Both the position numbers and the translations under genes were made by a program. A DNA stretch of 64,000 nucleotides from an uncultured Alphaproteobacteria bacterium. GTDB lineage: Bacteria; Pseudomonadota; Alphaproteobacteria; Rhizobiales; Methyloligellaceae. Below, piece after piece: positions 36,781-48,158 of the stretch (positions within the stretch are counted from its first letter, which is position 1; each line of letters starts with the position of its first letter). The stretch covers positions 17,609 through 81,608 of the forward strand of contig CAVUVO010000022.1 of assembly GCA_963744945.1 (NCBI GenBank). The letters run 5' to 3'. The notes below the pieces were generated by a model. The model was not told where the DNA came from. It ran no database searches and was given only the letters and a program-made list of their open reading frames with translations.

Positions 36781-38115
36781 CTACCTGCCGCGCTGCTCAG
36801 CGTAGTTGTACACGGAGCGTCCGGCAACGAGGGTCATCAGCGCCCGGCCTTGCAGCCGTGCTTCGTCGAAGGGCGTGTTCTTGGACCGCGTGCGCAGAAG
36901 TTCGGGGTTCACCACGAAGGGCGTGTCGAGATCGATGAGCACGAGGTCCGCCGGCGCTCCCTTGGCGAGGCGGCCGCTCGGCAACCCAAGCAGGCGCGCG
37001 GGGTTCGCGGTCAGCGCGCGAAGCAGCGTGGAGAGCTCGACGCTGCCGTCGTGATAGAGGCGGAGCGCCGCGGACAGCAGCGTCTCGACGCCGATGGCGC
37101 CGTCGGCGGCTTCGGCGAAGGGACGGCGCTTGCCGTCGGCGTCCTGCGGATCGTGCGCCGACACGATCACGTCGATATCGCCGCTGGCGATGCCTTCCAC
37201 CATGGCGGCCCGGTCGTCCTCGGAGCGGAGCGGGGGCCGCATCTTGAAGAAGGTCCGGTAGGGACCGATGTCGTTTTCGTTCAAGGTGAGATGGTTGATG
37301 GATACGCCGCAGGTAATCGGCAGCCCGCGTTCCTTGGCGGCGCGGATGATGTCGAGCGACGCGCGGCAGGAGATCTGGCCAGCGTGATAGCGTCCGCGCG
37401 TCAGCTCGGCGAGGCGCAAGTCGCGCTCGAGCATGATGGTCTCGGCTTCGCGCGGAATGCCGGGCAGGCCGAGCCTGGTCGCGACCTCGCCCTCGTTCAT
37501 CACCCCGTTCTCCGCGAGAGTCGGCTCTTCCAAATGATGGATGATGAGCACGCCGAAATCCTTGGCGTAGGCGAGCACGTTCCGCATCATCTTGGCGTCG
37601 GCGAGGCTCGTCTTGCCGTTGGTGAAGGCGATGGCGCCGGCGTCGCGCAAGAGCCCGATCTCGGCCATCTCCTCGCTCTTCAGGCCCTTGGTCATCGCCG
37701 CCATGGGATGCACGTTGATCTGCGCCGTGTCGCGCGCGCGGCGCATGATGAAGTCGACCAGAGCAACGTCGTCGATGACAGGCTCGGTGTTTGGCATGCA
37801 GATGATGGTGGTGACGCCGCCGGCGGCAGCAGCACGGCTCGTGGTGGACAGCGTTTCGCGGTGCTCGTGGCCCGGCTCGCCGGAGAACACGAGCATATCG
37901 ATGAGGCCTGGCGCGAGAACGTGGCCGGCACAGTCGATGAGTTCCGCGTCACCAACGGAGTCGGCAGTTACCTCCGGGCCCAGGTCGACGATCTTGCCGT
38001 CCTCGATCAGCACGCCGCCCGTCTCGTCGAGGCCTGTGCCGGGGTCGATCAGCCGCGCGTAGAGGAGCGCCGTGCGTCGGCCGTTGCTGTCGTGGAGGGC
38101 TTGCATCGCCATCAC
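36781..38115 (-). CDS. pyrC: Dihydroorotase (PyrC/PyrC'-like)
   Basis: [19 protein letters not shown] and PPLR; lies in an operon with pyrB. Confidence 0.9.
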   Translation of the reverse strand: MMAMQALHDSNGRRTALLYARLIDPGTGLDETGGVLIEDGKIVDLGPEVTADSVGDAELIDCAGHVLAPGLIDMLVFSGEPGHEHRETLSTTSRAAAAGGVTTIICMPNTEPVIDDVALVDFIMRRARDTAQINVHPMAAMTKGLKSEEMAEIGLLRDAGAIAFTNGKTSLADAKMMRNVLAYAKDFGVLIIHHLEEPTLAENGVMNEGEVATRLGLPGIPREAETIMLERDLRLAELTRGRYHAGQISCRASLDIIRAAKERGLPITCGVSINHLTLNENDIGPYRTFFKMRPPLRSEDDRAAMVEGIASGDIDVIVSAHDPQDADGKRRPFAEAADGAIGVETLLSAALRLYHDGSVELSTLLRALTANPARLLGLPSGRLAKGAPADLVLIDLDTPFVVNPELLRTRSKNTPFDEARLQGRALMTLVAGRSVYNYAEQRGR

Positions 38116-39068
38116 TGGTTCGGCAGGTGGCGGGCGAGCGCCTGAAGCACCGCCATGCGCACCGCCACGCCCATCTCGACCTGCTCGCGGATGACGCTTC
38201 GCTGGTCGTCGGCCACGCTCGAGTCGATCTCCACGCCGCGGTTCATCGGGCCTGGATGCATGATCAGGGCATCGGGCTTGGCGTTGGAGAGCTTGTCGTG
38301 GTCGAGCCCGAAGAAGTGGAAGTACTCACGCTGGCTCGGCACGAGGTTCGACGTCATGCGCTCGCGCTGGAGCCGCAGCATCATGACGATGTCGGCATCC
38401 TTCAGCCCCTCGCGCATCGAGGAATAGACCTCGACGCCAAGCCGCGCGATGCCCGACGCAAGCAGTGTGGAGGGCGCGATGACGCGGACGCGGGCGCCGA
38501 GCGTGTTGAGCAGGAGGATGTTGGAGCGGGCGACGCGCGAATGCAGGATATCGCCGCAAATCGCCACGATCAGTCCGGCGATGCGTCCCTTGTGGCGGCG
38601 GATGGTGAGGGCATCGAGCAAGGCTTGGGTCGGATGCTCGTGGCTGCCGTCGCCGGCATTGATCACCGAGCAGTCGACCTTCTGAGCGAGCAGTTCGACG
38701 GCGCCGGCGGCATGGTGACGCACGACGAGGAGGTCGGGGCGCATCGCGTTGAGGGTCACGGCCGTGTCGATTAGGGTTTCGCCCTTCGACATGGACGAGG
38801 TCCGCGTAGACATGTTCATCACATCGGCGCCGAGCCGCTTGCCCGCAAGCTCGAAGGAACTCTGGGTCCTGGTCGAGGATTCGAAGAAGAGATTGATCAG
38901 GGTACGGCCGCGGAGATCGTCGCGCTTCTTGGCGACCTGGCGGCTCACCGTCGAGGCCTGTTCCGCGAGGTCGAGCAGGCCCACGATCTCGTCGCGCGAA
39001 AGGCCTTCGATGCCAAGCAAATGGCGATGAGGGAAAGAGAATTCGGTCGCTTCAGCCGTAATGCTCAT
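38112..39068 (-). CDS. pyrB: Aspartate carbamoyltransferase catalytic subunit
   Basis: [25 protein letters not shown] and [11 protein letters not shown]. Confidence 0.97.
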   Translation of the reverse strand: MSITAEATEFSFPHRHLLGIEGLSRDEIVGLLDLAEQASTVSRQVAKKRDDLRGRTLINLFFESSTRTQSSFELAGKRLGADVMNMSTRTSSMSKGETLIDTAVTLNAMRPDLLVVRHHAAGAVELLAQKVDCSVINAGDGSHEHPTQALLDALTIRRHKGRIAGLIVAICGDILHSRVARSNILLLNTLGARVRVIAPSTLLASGIARLGVEVYSSMREGLKDADIVMMLRLQRERMTSNLVPSQREYFHFFGLDHDKLSNAKPDALIMHPGPMNRGVEIDSSVADDQRSVIREQVEMGVAVRMAVLQALARHLPNQ

Positions 39069-39137
39069 TAAAGTGGACTCTATAGGCCGACTTTGCCCGG
39101 GCGGCAAGCTTGGCTGCCCAAGGAGACTGTGGCAGCA

Positions 39138-40844
39138 ATGGCCAATTCAAACTCGACAAAGGATGCCATGGCGCCCGATCCAATTCCGCAGGGCGAGCAG
39201 GTGCTCAACCAAAGCCCGGCCTTTACCGACGTGAACCTGTTCACGTCGGATACCCCTCTGCGCGAGGCGGTCGCGCGTGAGGGTGCGGCCGACGCGGCTG
39301 AAAACCTCGCCGCTTTCGGCCGGATTGCCGGGAGTGCGGCCGCTGCCGAGCTTGGGCGGCAGGCCAACGAGCACTCGCCGCGGCTCCGCGCCTTCGATGC
39401 CCAAGGCCGGCGCCTCGACCGCGTCGACTATCATCCGGCCTACCACCGGCTGATGGGGTTCAGCACGGCGCAAGGGTTGCATTGCTCGACCTGGGAGTAT
39501 CTGGCGAGAGGCAGCTATCCGCAGCCAGGCGCCCATGTCGCCCGCTGCGCCGGAAGCTACATGGCGGCGCAGATGGAGGCAGGTCATTGCTGTCCCATCA
39601 CCATGACGCACGCCGCCGTCGCCACGCTTCGCCATGAGCCCGTGCTTTTGCGCAGCGTGCTCCCGAAGCTCGTGGCGCGAAGCTACGACCCGCGCTTCGC
39701 TCCCTGGCAGAAGAAGCAAGCCATCACCATCGGCATGGGCATGACCGAGCGCCAAGGTGGAACCGATGTGCGGACCAATACCACGGTGGCCAAGCCTCTC
39801 GGCGGCAATGGTGGCGGCAAGGCCTATGCCATCAGCGGCCACAAATGGTTCTTGTCGGCGCCCATGTGCGACGCCTTTCTGGTGCTTGCCCAAGCCAAAG
39901 GGGGGCTGTCTTGCTTTTTCATGCCGCGCTTCTCGAGCGAAGGGTCGGTCAACCGGATGAGGATCGAGCGGCTCAAGGACAAGCTCGGCAATCGCTCCAA
40001 CGGTTCGGCCGAGGTGACCTTCGATAAGGCAGTCGGCTATCTCGTCAGCGAGGAGGGGAGAGGCGTCCCCACCATCATCGACATGGTGACGCTGACGCGG
40101 CTCGACTGCGCCGTGTCCTCGGCGGGGCTGATGCGGCAGGCGCTCGCCCGTGCGCTGCATCACGCGCGGCATCGCACTGTGTTCCAGAAGAAGCTGATCG
40201 ATCAGCCGCTGATGCTCCAGGTGCTTGCCGACATGGCGCTCGATGTCGAGGCCGCGACCGCGCTCACCTTCAAGCTCGCCGCAGCCTTCGACGGCCACGA
40301 CGATCCGGACGCGACGGCCTATCGCCGCCTGATGACTTCCGTCACGAAATATTGGGTGTGCAAGATCGCGCCGGCGCTGATCTTCGAAGCCATGGAGTGC
40401 CTCGGCGGCAACGCCTATGTCGAGGAGGGCGGATTCCCGTTGCTCTATCGCGAGGCGCCGGTCAACGCCATCTGGGAGGGATCGGGCAATGTCATGTGTC
40501 TCGATGTGCTCCGCGCCGTCGAGCGCTCCCCCGAGACCTTGGAGCGGGTGCTCGCCAGCATCGAAGCGGCAAGCGGCGGCGAGCAACGATTGAAGTCCGC
40601 GGTCGAGGGCGTGCGGATCATGCTCGCCGAAGCGGCGCAGGATCAGACGCGAGCGCGGTCCGTGGTCGAGCTGCTCGCGCTCACCGCCGCCGGCGCATTG
40701 CTCCAAGCGCATGCGCCGCCAGCGGTGAGCGACGCCTTCCTCGCAACCAGGCTCTACGGCGCCTTCCGCCACTCTTACGGCGTCGGGCTTGGCGGCGGCG
40801 ACATCGAAGGCATCGCCGCGCGCGCCGCGCCGATCATGGGCTAA
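39138..40844 (+). CDS. AidB-like acyl-CoA dehydrogenase
   Basis: [41 protein letters not shown] and NAIWEGSGN. Confidence 0.88.
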   Translation: MANSNSTKDAMAPDPIPQGEQVLNQSPAFTDVNLFTSDTPLREAVAREGAADAAENLAAFGRIAGSAAAAELGRQANEHSPRLRAFDAQGRRLDRVDYHPAYHRLMGFSTAQGLHCSTWEYLARGSYPQPGAHVARCAGSYMAAQMEAGHCCPITMTHAAVATLRHEPVLLRSVLPKLVARSYDPRFAPWQKKQAITIGMGMTERQGGTDVRTNTTVAKPLGGNGGGKAYAISGHKWFLSAPMCDAFLVLAQAKGGLSCFFMPRFSSEGSVNRMRIERLKDKLGNRSNGSAEVTFDKAVGYLVSEEGRGVPTIIDMVTLTRLDCAVSSAGLMRQALARALHHARHRTVFQKKLIDQPLMLQVLADMALDVEAATALTFKLAAAFDGHDDPDATAYRRLMTSVTKYWVCKIAPALIFEAMECLGGNAYVEEGGFPLLYREAPVNAIWEGSGNVMCLDVLRAVERSPETLERVLASIEAASGGEQRLKSAVEGVRIMLAEAAQDQTRARSVVELLALTAAGALLQAHAPPAVSDAFLATRLYGAFRHSYGVGLGGGDIEGIAARAAPIMG

Positions 40845-41249
40845 GTGCATTTGCGTCTGGAACTTTTCCACAACAATGGGGCGCCACCCCCTCCGGGGTT
40901 CCGCTGGACATGCGGTCCCTACCGGTGCTGGTGCCGGCCTTGCTAGGACTGAGTGCCACTTACCCACAGGCTTTTCGAGGCCGCCCCCGAGCCGCGGGCG
41001 GCCTCGTCCTATTTGATCCTCGTCAAGGCCGCTCGAGGCTCGGGCGCGCATTTAAGATGAATGCTGATGCCAACCGAGCCGCTTAGAATTTCAACAACTT
41101 GCGGTTTACGCACGGGCGCGAATCATTGAGGATTGCCCGGTCGGTCTTCGGGAAATGCCGTCAAGTGGGTCGCGGCGCTATCCGGAGCCTTTGTTGTACG
41201 CGGGTCACAGTAAACAGGGTCATAGGTTCGGTCAGGCGGAGGCTAAACC

Positions 41250-41405
41250 ATGATGAGCTTACCCTTCCTTCTGTTTGCCTGCGGTCTCGCCGCGGCATGG
41301 ACGAGCAGACGCGAGGCAGCCATGGGGTTCTGGGTTGCCGGTGTTTTGGTGCTGTTGGTGTTGTTCCGGTTTCACGCGACGGACGTGCTGAATCTCGGAC
41401 TGTAG
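41250..41405 (+). CDS. Small membrane protein, DUF5993-like (51 aa); not in the ORF track
   Basis: GGAGG RBS; MMSLPFLL...FRFHATDVLNLGL; lies directly before a DsbB-family gene. Confidence 0.7.
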   Translation: MMSLPFLLFACGLAAAWTSRREAAMGFWVAGVLVLLVLFRFHATDVLNLGL

Positions 41406-41417
41406 TAGGAGCGTAGC

Positions 41418-41996
41418 GTGACGGCCGATCTGTCGAGGCTGCTCAATGCCTTGGGACTTGTGGCCGTCGATACGGTCCTGGTGCTCGCTTTCGCCGATCA
41501 GCTTTGGTTCCGCGATCTGCCGTGCCCGATCTGCATCCTGCAGCGGGCCGGTTTCATCGCCGCTGGATTTGGCATCGCGCTCAATCTCATCTTCGGTCCG
41601 CGGCCGAGCCATTACGGCCTCGCCATCCTCGGCGCCATGGTCGGCGGCATCATGTCGGCCGACCAGGTGCTGCACTACATCGTTCCGGGGACCGGCTCCT
41701 ACGGCAATGCCGTCTTCGGGCTGCATCTCTACACTTGGGCGCTGATCGGCTTCGTGCTGATCGTGGTCGGCTGCGCGGCAATGCTGCTGTTCGATCGGCA
41801 ATACGAACCTTCGGGGCCGATCCCTCTGCGCGAGGTCACGCTGCCGCTCTTGGCCGTTGCCCTGCTAGGGTTGCTTGCGGTCGCCAATGTCGTCTCGACG
41901 CTTGCCATCTGCGGCGTGGGACTTTGCCCTGAGGCGCCCGGCGGCTATCTCATCTTCCATGAAAATCTCGGGCTAGCGCAGATCAAGTCGTCTTAG
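41418..41996 (+). CDS. Disulfide bond formation protein B family
   Basis: LPCPICILQR, GYG/SYG..VFGLHLYTWA and a C-terminal CGVGLCP. Confidence 0.85.
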   Translation: MTADLSRLLNALGLVAVDTVLVLAFADQLWFRDLPCPICILQRAGFIAAGFGIALNLIFGPRPSHYGLAILGAMVGGIMSADQVLHYIVPGTGSYGNAVFGLHLYTWALIGFVLIVVGCAAMLLFDRQYEPSGPIPLREVTLPLLAVALLGLLAVANVVSTLAICGVGLCPEAPGGYLIFHENLGLAQIKSS

Positions 41997-42455
41997 CCGG
42001 TCGAGCGCGCCTTGCAGGATGTAGGCCGCCGCCATGCGGTCTATGACCTCGGCGCGGCGCTTGCGCGAGGCATCGGCCTCGATCAGGTGACGCTCGACCG
42101 CGGCGGTCGACAGCCTCTCGTCCCAGAACACCATGGGCACCGTGACATGGGCGGCGAGGTTCCTGGCGAAGGCGCGGGTCGATTGAGCGCGCGGGCCTTC
42201 CGAGCCGTCGAGGTTGAGGGGGAAGCCGATCACCAGCGCCCCGACCTGATTCTTTTCAACCACTTCGCGAATCGTCTTGGCATCGGCCGTGAACTTGCTA
42301 CGGCGGATGGTGTCGAAGGGCGTTGCCACACTGCGCGTCACGTCGGAGAGCGCCATGCCGATGGTCTTGGTGCCGACATCGAGGCCGAGCAGCCTTGCAT
42401 CACGGCCAAGATGCGGCGGCAGATCTTCGATGGCGATGGTCGAGGCGGCTGTCAC
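41973..42455 (-). CDS. ruvX: RuvX/YqgF resolvase-like nuclease
   Basis: LGLDVGTKTIG, DERLST and IDRMAAAYILQ. Confidence 0.95.
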   Translation of the reverse strand: MTAASTIAIEDLPPHLGRDARLLGLDVGTKTIGMALSDVTRSVATPFDTIRRSKFTADAKTIREVVEKNQVGALVIGFPLNLDGSEGPRAQSTRAFARNLAAHVTVPMVFWDERLSTAAVERHLIEADASRKRRAEVIDRMAAAYILQGALDRLRRLDLR

Positions 42456-42554
42456 TGGGGAAGGGGGTGCGGCACCCTTGCGAGGTTGTCAACTCACCGT
42501 CCTTTCCTTATGTCCGAGGTCCCGGCCTCCTGGGCCTGCAAACCGAGACACGCC

Positions 42555-43257
42555 ATGCAAATCACTTGGTTCGGCCATTCCTGCTTTCGCATCGACACGG
42601 GCAAGTCGCGCATCCTGATCGATCCGTTCCTCACCGGGAACCCGACCTTCGAGGATTCAGGCCATACCGTGCGGGACGTGGCCAAGGGCGTGACCCATGT
42701 GGCACTGACCCATGGCCATGAGGATCACACCGGCAATACCGTCGAAATCTGCAAGGAGACCGCAGCCCCGCTCATCGCCGTCTATGAGCTTGCCGTGCAT
42801 ATGGCGAGCCTCGGGGTGGAGAAGATCGACCCCGGCAATACCGGCGGCATGCAGCATCACGAGGATTTCGACCTTACCTTCGTGCCGGCCTGGCATTCCT
42901 CCGGCGTGTTCCTCGAGGGTCGCTCGATCTATCTCGGCGCCTGCACTGGCCTCATCATCGCCACGCGCGAGGGCAAGACCGTTTACCATATGGGCGACAC
43001 GGCGATCTTCTCCGACATGGGCCTCATCAATGAGATCTACCGGCCGCAAGTGGGCATCGTGCCGATCGGCGACCGCTTCACCATGGGGGCGAAAACGGCG
43101 GCGCTCGCCTGCAAGCGCTTCTTTCGAGTTCGAGACGGTGATCCCCTGCCATTACGGGACTTTTCCCATCATCGATCAGACGGCCGACAAATTCGTCGCG
43201 GAAATGGGCGGCAATACCGTCGTCGTGCCTAAGGTCGGCGTCCCCTTCGCGGTTTAG
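42555..43257 (+). CDS. UPF0173 metallo-beta-lactamase-fold hydrolase; frameshift near 43122
   Basis: [30 protein letters not shown], then IPCHYGTFP. Confidence 0.88.
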
Positions 43258-43341
43258 CCCGCCAAGCCCCAAGTTGAAGCTGCCACGGGCCGGTGCTACA
43301 GAGCCCCTGAAACGTCCATTCCTGTTGGCGCCAGAGTTTCC

Positions 43342-43629
43342 ATGTCCGTCGATCGCGCGACCGTCCACCGCATCGCCCATCTCGCCCGCATTGCCGTCAC
43401 CGAAGACGAAGCCGCGCGGCTCGAGAAGGAGCTGTCCGGCATTCTCGACTGGGTGGCCCAGCTCGACGAGATCGACACCTCCAATGTCGAGCCGATGACC
43501 CGCGTCGTGGCCATGACCATGAAGAAGCGGAAGGACGAGGTGACCGACGGCAATTGCGCCGACGACATCCTCAAGAACGCGCCCTCGGTCGACGATCATT
43601 ATTTCGTCGTGCCCAAGATCGTGGAGTAG
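43342..43629 (+). CDS. gatC: Asp/Glu-tRNA amidotransferase subunit C
   Basis: IAHLARI...NAP...YFVVPKIVE. Confidence 0.95.
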   Translation: MSVDRATVHRIAHLARIAVTEDEAARLEKELSGILDWVAQLDEIDTSNVEPMTRVVAMTMKKRKDEVTDGNCADDILKNAPSVDDHYFVVPKIVE

Positions 43630-43633
43630 GGCG

Positions 43634-44185
43634 GTGATGATGCGCGCCGTTGTGCTTGGCGTGGGGCTTTGGCTTGCGGGTGCCGGCATGGCGCCGGCGC
43701 AAGCGCCGGAAAATTCGCTCCCCGACGGCACCTTCGCCTCGACCAAGGACGATTGCGCCAAGCTTGCGACGAAGACGCCGGCTGAGATCGGCGATGAAAT
43801 CGACTTCGAGGTGCTGACCAAGAAGGGGCTCACCGGCTATCGCCAGGTGTGCGACTTCGTCAGCGTGTCAGCGCGCGACGCCAAGAGCTGGGTCGCGACC
43901 GCCTTTTGCGACGAGTTGGGCTATACCTATCCCGACCTGTTCTCGATCAAGCAGAAGGACGACGGCAGGCTCAACGTCACCAGGATCACCGACTTGACCC
44001 AGCAGGGCGGCTACGACGCGTCGGCGCAAGCCGATCCCTCGGAGTCCGACACGGCGGAGCAGTCCGCGGGCGGCGCCGATTCAGGAAACGCCGGTGAGCC
44101 TGCGGACCGGAGCCAGACGCTGGACGAACAGGCCGCGAGCGAGTCCTATAGCACCTTCGTCAAATGCGACACCGTCAAGCCGTAA
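43634..44185 (+). CDS. Exported hypothetical protein with four Cys, inside the gat operon
   Basis: Signal peptide; closely packed between gatC and gatA. Confidence 0.7.
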   Translation: MMMRAVVLGVGLWLAGAGMAPAQAPENSLPDGTFASTKDDCAKLATKTPAEIGDEIDFEVLTKKGLTGYRQVCDFVSVSARDAKSWVATAFCDELGYTYPDLFSIKQKDDGRLNVTRITDLTQQGGYDASAQADPSESDTAEQSAGGADSGNAGEPADRSQTLDEQAASESYSTFVKCDTVKP

Positions 44186-44191
44186 CAGCGC

Positions 44192-45679
44192 ATGGCCGAT
44201 CCGACAGACCTTTCCATTGCCGAGGCACGCGAGGCTCTTAAGCGCAAGGAGCTCTCAGCCGAGGAGCTTGCGCGCGCGCATATCGGCGCGATCGAGCGGG
44301 CGAACGAGGCGCTCAACGCCTACATTCTCACTACGCCAGAGCGCGCGCTGGAAGCGGCGAAGGAGAGCGATGCGCGCTTGCGCAAAGGCGCGGCGCGGCC
44401 GCTCGAAGGCATTCCGCTCGGCATCAAGGATCTGTTCGCCACCAAGGGCGTACGCACCACGGCTTGCTCGCACGTTCTCGACGGCTTCACGCCGACCTAC
44501 GAGTCAACGGTGACGGCCAATCTGTGGAGCGCCGGCGCGGTCATGCTCGGCAAGCTCAACAACGACGAGTTCGCCATGGGCTCGTCCAACGAGACGAGCC
44601 ATTACGGGCCGGTGGTCAATCCCTGGCGCCGTACGGGATCGAACGCCAAGCTCGTGCCGGGCGGATCGTCGGGCGGCTCGTCAGCCGCGGTCGCGGCACG
44701 GCTCTGCATGGGCGCCACCGCCACCGATACCGGCGGCTCGATCCGCCAGCCGGCAGCGGTCACCGGCACCGTCGGCATCAAGCCGACCTATGGCCGCTGC
44801 TCGCGCTGGGGCATCGTCGCCTTCGCCTCGTCGCTCGATCAGGCGGGGCCGATCGCGCGCACCGTGCAAGACGCGGCGATCCTGCTGAAAGCCATGGCGA
44901 GCCACGACCCGAAGGACACGACGAGCGTCGATGCGCCGGTGCCGGATTACGAGGCTGCGGTGACTCTCGGCGTGAAAGGGCTCACCATCGGCATTCCCAA
45001 GGAATATCGCGTGCCCGGCATGGCGGCGGAGATCGATGCGCTGTGGCAGCAGGGGATAAAGTGGCTGGAAGCTGCCGGCGCCAAAATCAAGCCGGTGAGC
45101 CTGCCACATACCAAATACGCATTGCCCTCCTATTATATTGTCGCGCCGGCGGAGGCCTCCTCGAACCTCGCCCGCTATGACGGGGTGCGCTACGGCTTGC
45201 GCGAGCCCGGCAAGGACGTGATCTCGCTCTATGAGAACACGCGCTCCGCGGGCTTTGGCGCGGAAGTGAAGCGCCGCATCCTGATCGGCACCTATGTGCT
45301 GTCGGCGGGCTATTACGACGCTTATTATCTGAAAGCTCAGAAGGTGCGCAGCCTGATCAAGCGCGACTTCGACGAGGCCTTCAAGGATGTCGACGTGATC
45401 CTGACGCCGACCACGCCGTCGCCCGCCTTTGCCCTCGGCGAGAAGTCGGGCGATCCCGTGGAGATGTATCTCAACGACATCTTCACGGTGACGGTGAACA
45501 TGGCGGGGCTGCCTGGCATGTCGGTGCCGGCGGGGTTGTCGTCGGAAGGGACGCCGCTCGGGCTTCAGCTGATCGGGCGTCCGTTCGATGAGGAGACACT
45601 CTTCCGCGTCGGCCGCGCCATCGAGGTGGCGGCGGGACCATTGGCCAAACCGCAAGATTGGTGGAGCAGGGCAGCATGA
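44192..45679 (+). CDS. gatA: Asp/Glu-tRNA amidotransferase subunit A
   Basis: [17 protein letters not shown] and [13 protein letters not shown]. Confidence 0.97.
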   Translation: MADPTDLSIAEAREALKRKELSAEELARAHIGAIERANEALNAYILTTPERALEAAKESDARLRKGAARPLEGIPLGIKDLFATKGVRTTACSHVLDGFTPTYESTVTANLWSAGAVMLGKLNNDEFAMGSSNETSHYGPVVNPWRRTGSNAKLVPGGSSGGSSAAVAARLCMGATATDTGGSIRQPAAVTGTVGIKPTYGRCSRWGIVAFASSLDQAGPIARTVQDAAILLKAMASHDPKDTTSVDAPVPDYEAAVTLGVKGLTIGIPKEYRVPGMAAEIDALWQQGIKWLEAAGAKIKPVSLPHTKYALPSYYIVAPAEASSNLARYDGVRYGLREPGKDVISLYENTRSAGFGAEVKRRILIGTYVLSAGYYDAYYLKAQKVRSLIKRDFDEAFKDVDVILTPTTPSPAFALGEKSGDPVEMYLNDIFTVTVNMAGLPGMSVPAGLSSEGTPLGLQLIGRPFDEETLFRVGRAIEVAAGPLAKPQDWWSRAA

Positions 45680-46098
45680 ATGAGCATTCGGCGAAGCCGG
45701 TAGCCGCGCGCCTCAACGTCTCCTCAGGGAGCCCGTATGAGCCGATCGTCGGCTTCTCGCGCGCGGTGCGCGTCGGCAATGTGGTCGCGGTCGCCGGCAC
45801 AACCGCCGGTTCCAGCGGCAAGCCTGTCGCCATTGGCGATCCGGCGGCGCAGACTCGGGCTATTCTGGAAACCATCGAGAAGGCTTTGGCTGATGCCGGG
45901 GCGAGCCTCAAGGACGTGATCCGCACGCGGATATACCTCGTGGACATCGCCCATTGGGAGGCGGTGGGCAGAGTGCATGGAGAGTTCTTCAGCGACATTC
46001 GCCCCGCGAACAGCACGCTGGAAGTCTCCTGTTTCGTAAATCCGGACTGGCTCGTCGAGATCGAGGCCGACGCCGTCATTCCGTCCCCTGGAGGGTGA
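45676..46098 (+). CDS. RidA family protein
   Basis: [14 protein letters not shown] and WLVEIEADA. Confidence 0.88.
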   Translation: MNEHSAKPVAARLNVSSGSPYEPIVGFSRAVRVGNVVAVAGTTAGSSGKPVAIGDPAAQTRAILETIEKALADAGASLKDVIRTRIYLVDIAHWEAVGRVHGEFFSDIRPANSTLEVSCFVNPDWLVEIEADAVIPSPGG

Positions 46099-46102
46099 GG
46101 TC

Positions 46103-46414
46103 ATGGCGCCGCGCAAGGCTAAGGACTGCGCCAACATGGATGAGGTAAGGGCGGAGATCGACCGCATCGATGCGACCCTTGTCGATCTCATCGGCGAGCG
46201 CTTCAGCTATGTGGATCGCGCCTGGCAGTTCAAGCAGTCGCCCGCCGAGGCGCGGGTGCCCTGGCGCATCCAGCAGGTGATCGACAAGGTGCGCGCCCGC
46301 GCGGTCGAGAAGGGCTTGCCGCCAGAGCTCGCCGAGGCCTTGTGGCGGCAGATGATCGGCTGGTTCATTCAATATGAAGAAGAAAAGCTCCGCGACAAGG
46401 GCGACGACACCTAA
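46103..46414 (+). CDS. Chorismate mutase type II / PchB-like protein
   Basis: CANMDEVRAEIDRID...ERF...RAWQFK. Confidence 0.82.
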   Translation: MAPRKAKDCANMDEVRAEIDRIDATLVDLIGERFSYVDRAWQFKQSPAEARVPWRIQQVIDKVRARAVEKGLPPELAEALWRQMIGWFIQYEEEKLRDKGDDT

Positions 46415-46420
46415 AATACT

Positions 46421-46504
46421 CGTCATGCCCGGCCTTGTGCCGGGCATCCACGCCTTTAAGCTGAAGATCAAGACGTGGATGGCCGGGACGAGCCCGGCCA
46501 TGAC
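46421..46504. repeat. CGTC-type REP doublet
   Basis: CGTCATGCCCGGCCTTGTGCCGGGCATCCACG...CGTGGATGGCCGGGACGAGCCCGGCCATGAC. Confidence 0.85.
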
Positions 46505-46521
46505 TGGTTTAGAATAGGGCC

Positions 46522-47994
46522 ATGGACGCAAAGACGGAAAAATCCAATTTGATCGAAGGCGCGACCGGTCCCTGGGAAGTGGTGATCGGCATGGAGGTGC
46601 ACGCCCAGGTCACCTCCAGGTCGAAGCTGTTCTCCGGCGCTTCCACTGAATTCGGCGGCGAGCCAAACTCGCATGTAAGCCTGGTCGACGCCGCCATGCC
46701 CGGCATGCTTCCGGTGATCAACGAGGAATGCATTGCCCAGGCGATCCGCACCGGGCTCGGCCTGAAGGCCAAGATCAATCTTTCGTCGGTGTTCGACCGG
46801 AAGAATTATTTCTATCCCGACCTGCCGCAGGGCTATCAGATCTCCCAGTACAAGAGCCCGGTGGTCGGCGAAGGCGAGGTCATCGTCGATCTCTTGAGCG
46901 GCGAGCGGGTTGTCGTCGGCATCGAGCGGCTGCATCTTGAGCAGGACGCTGGCAAAAGCCTGCACGACCAGCATCCCAAATTCTCCTATGTCGATCTCAA
47001 CCGCTCAGGCGTTGCGCTGATGGAGATCGTGTCGAAGCCGGACCTCCGCTCGTCCGATCAGGCCAAGGCCTATCTCACCAAGATCCGCACCATCATGCGC
47101 TATCTCGGCACCTGCGACGGCAATATGGAGGAAGGGTCGTTGCGCGCCGACATCAACGTCTCGGTGCGGAAGCCAGGCGCGCCGCTCGGCACGCGCTGCG
47201 AGATCAAGAACGTCAATTCGATCCGCTTCATCGGCCAGGCTATCGAGCACGAGGCGCGCCGCCAGATCGAGATCCTCGAGGACGGCGGGTCGATCGTCCA
47301 GGAGACGCGGCTGTTCGATGCGCGGACAGGGGAGACGCGTTCGATGCGCTCCAAGGAAGAGGCGCACGACTACCGCTATTTCCCCGACCCGGACCTTCTG
47401 CCGCTCGAGCTGACGCAGGATTACGTGGACCGGCTCGCCAAGGACCTCCCGGAGCTTCCGGATCAGAAGCGCACACGCTTCATCGAGACCTTCGGTCTGT
47501 CAGCCTATGATGCCGACGTCCTGGTAGCCGAGCGCGAGGCCGCGGATTATTTCGAGGCGGTGGCGAAGGGCCGCGAGCCGAAGCAGGCGGCGAACTGGGT
47601 GATCAACGAACTGTTCGGCCGCCTCAACAAGGAAGGCAAGAGCATCGCAGAGAGCCCGGTCTCGGCGGACCGTCTCGGGGCCATGCTCGACCTGATCAAG
47701 GACGGCACCATCTCAGGCAAGATCGCCAAGGATGTGTTCGACATCATGTTCACCGAAGGCGGCGATCCGCGCGCCATCGTCGAGGCGCGGGGGCTCACCC
47801 AGGTCACCGACATGGGCGCCATCGAGCAGGCGGTGGATCAGGTCATCGCCGCCAATCCCGACAAGGCCGAGCAGGCCAAGGCGAAGCCGGCCCTTGCCGG
47901 CTGGTTCGTCGGCCAGGTGATGAAGGCGACCGCCGGCAAGGCGAGCCCGCAAGCCGTCAACGAGCTGGTGAAGGCGAAGCTCGGGATCGAGTGA
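46522..47994 (+). CDS. gatB: Asp/Glu-tRNA amidotransferase subunit B
   Basis: [21 protein letters not shown] and [15 protein letters not shown]. Confidence 0.97.
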   Translation: MDAKTEKSNLIEGATGPWEVVIGMEVHAQVTSRSKLFSGASTEFGGEPNSHVSLVDAAMPGMLPVINEECIAQAIRTGLGLKAKINLSSVFDRKNYFYPDLPQGYQISQYKSPVVGEGEVIVDLLSGERVVVGIERLHLEQDAGKSLHDQHPKFSYVDLNRSGVALMEIVSKPDLRSSDQAKAYLTKIRTIMRYLGTCDGNMEEGSLRADINVSVRKPGAPLGTRCEIKNVNSIRFIGQAIEHEARRQIEILEDGGSIVQETRLFDARTGETRSMRSKEEAHDYRYFPDPDLLPLELTQDYVDRLAKDLPELPDQKRTRFIETFGLSAYDADVLVAEREAADYFEAVAKGREPKQAANWVINELFGRLNKEGKSIAESPVSADRLGAMLDLIKDGTISGKIAKDVFDIMFTEGGDPRAIVEARGLTQVTDMGAIEQAVDQVIAANPDKAEQAKAKPALAGWFVGQVMKATAGKASPQAVNELVKAKLGIE

Positions 47995-48050
47995 GAGGTC
48001 TTGCTTGCTGCGGCATTCGCAATCTGTACGCTGACAATCACGCTATAATT

Positions 48051-48130
48051 CGTCATGCCCGGCTCTATGCCGGGCATCCACGTCGTCTTGTCAGAAATCG
48101 TGGATGGCCGGGACGAGCCCGGCCGTGACG
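48051..48130. repeat. CGTC-type REP doublet, second copy
   Basis: CGTCATGCCCGGCTCTATGCCGGGCATCCACG...CGTGGATGGCCGGGACGAGCCCGGCCGTGACG. Confidence 0.85.
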
Positions 48131-48158
48131 GAAGAGGTCCTGGGTGGGAGGAGTTTCA

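Noticed and set aside
39147-41051. Long antisense ORFs (634 aa here; also 2088-3269, 12854-14125, 20637-21833, 24245-25750, 36850-38145)
   Set aside because: These are shadow ORFs of well-supported genes in high-GC DNA and show no recognisable motifs.
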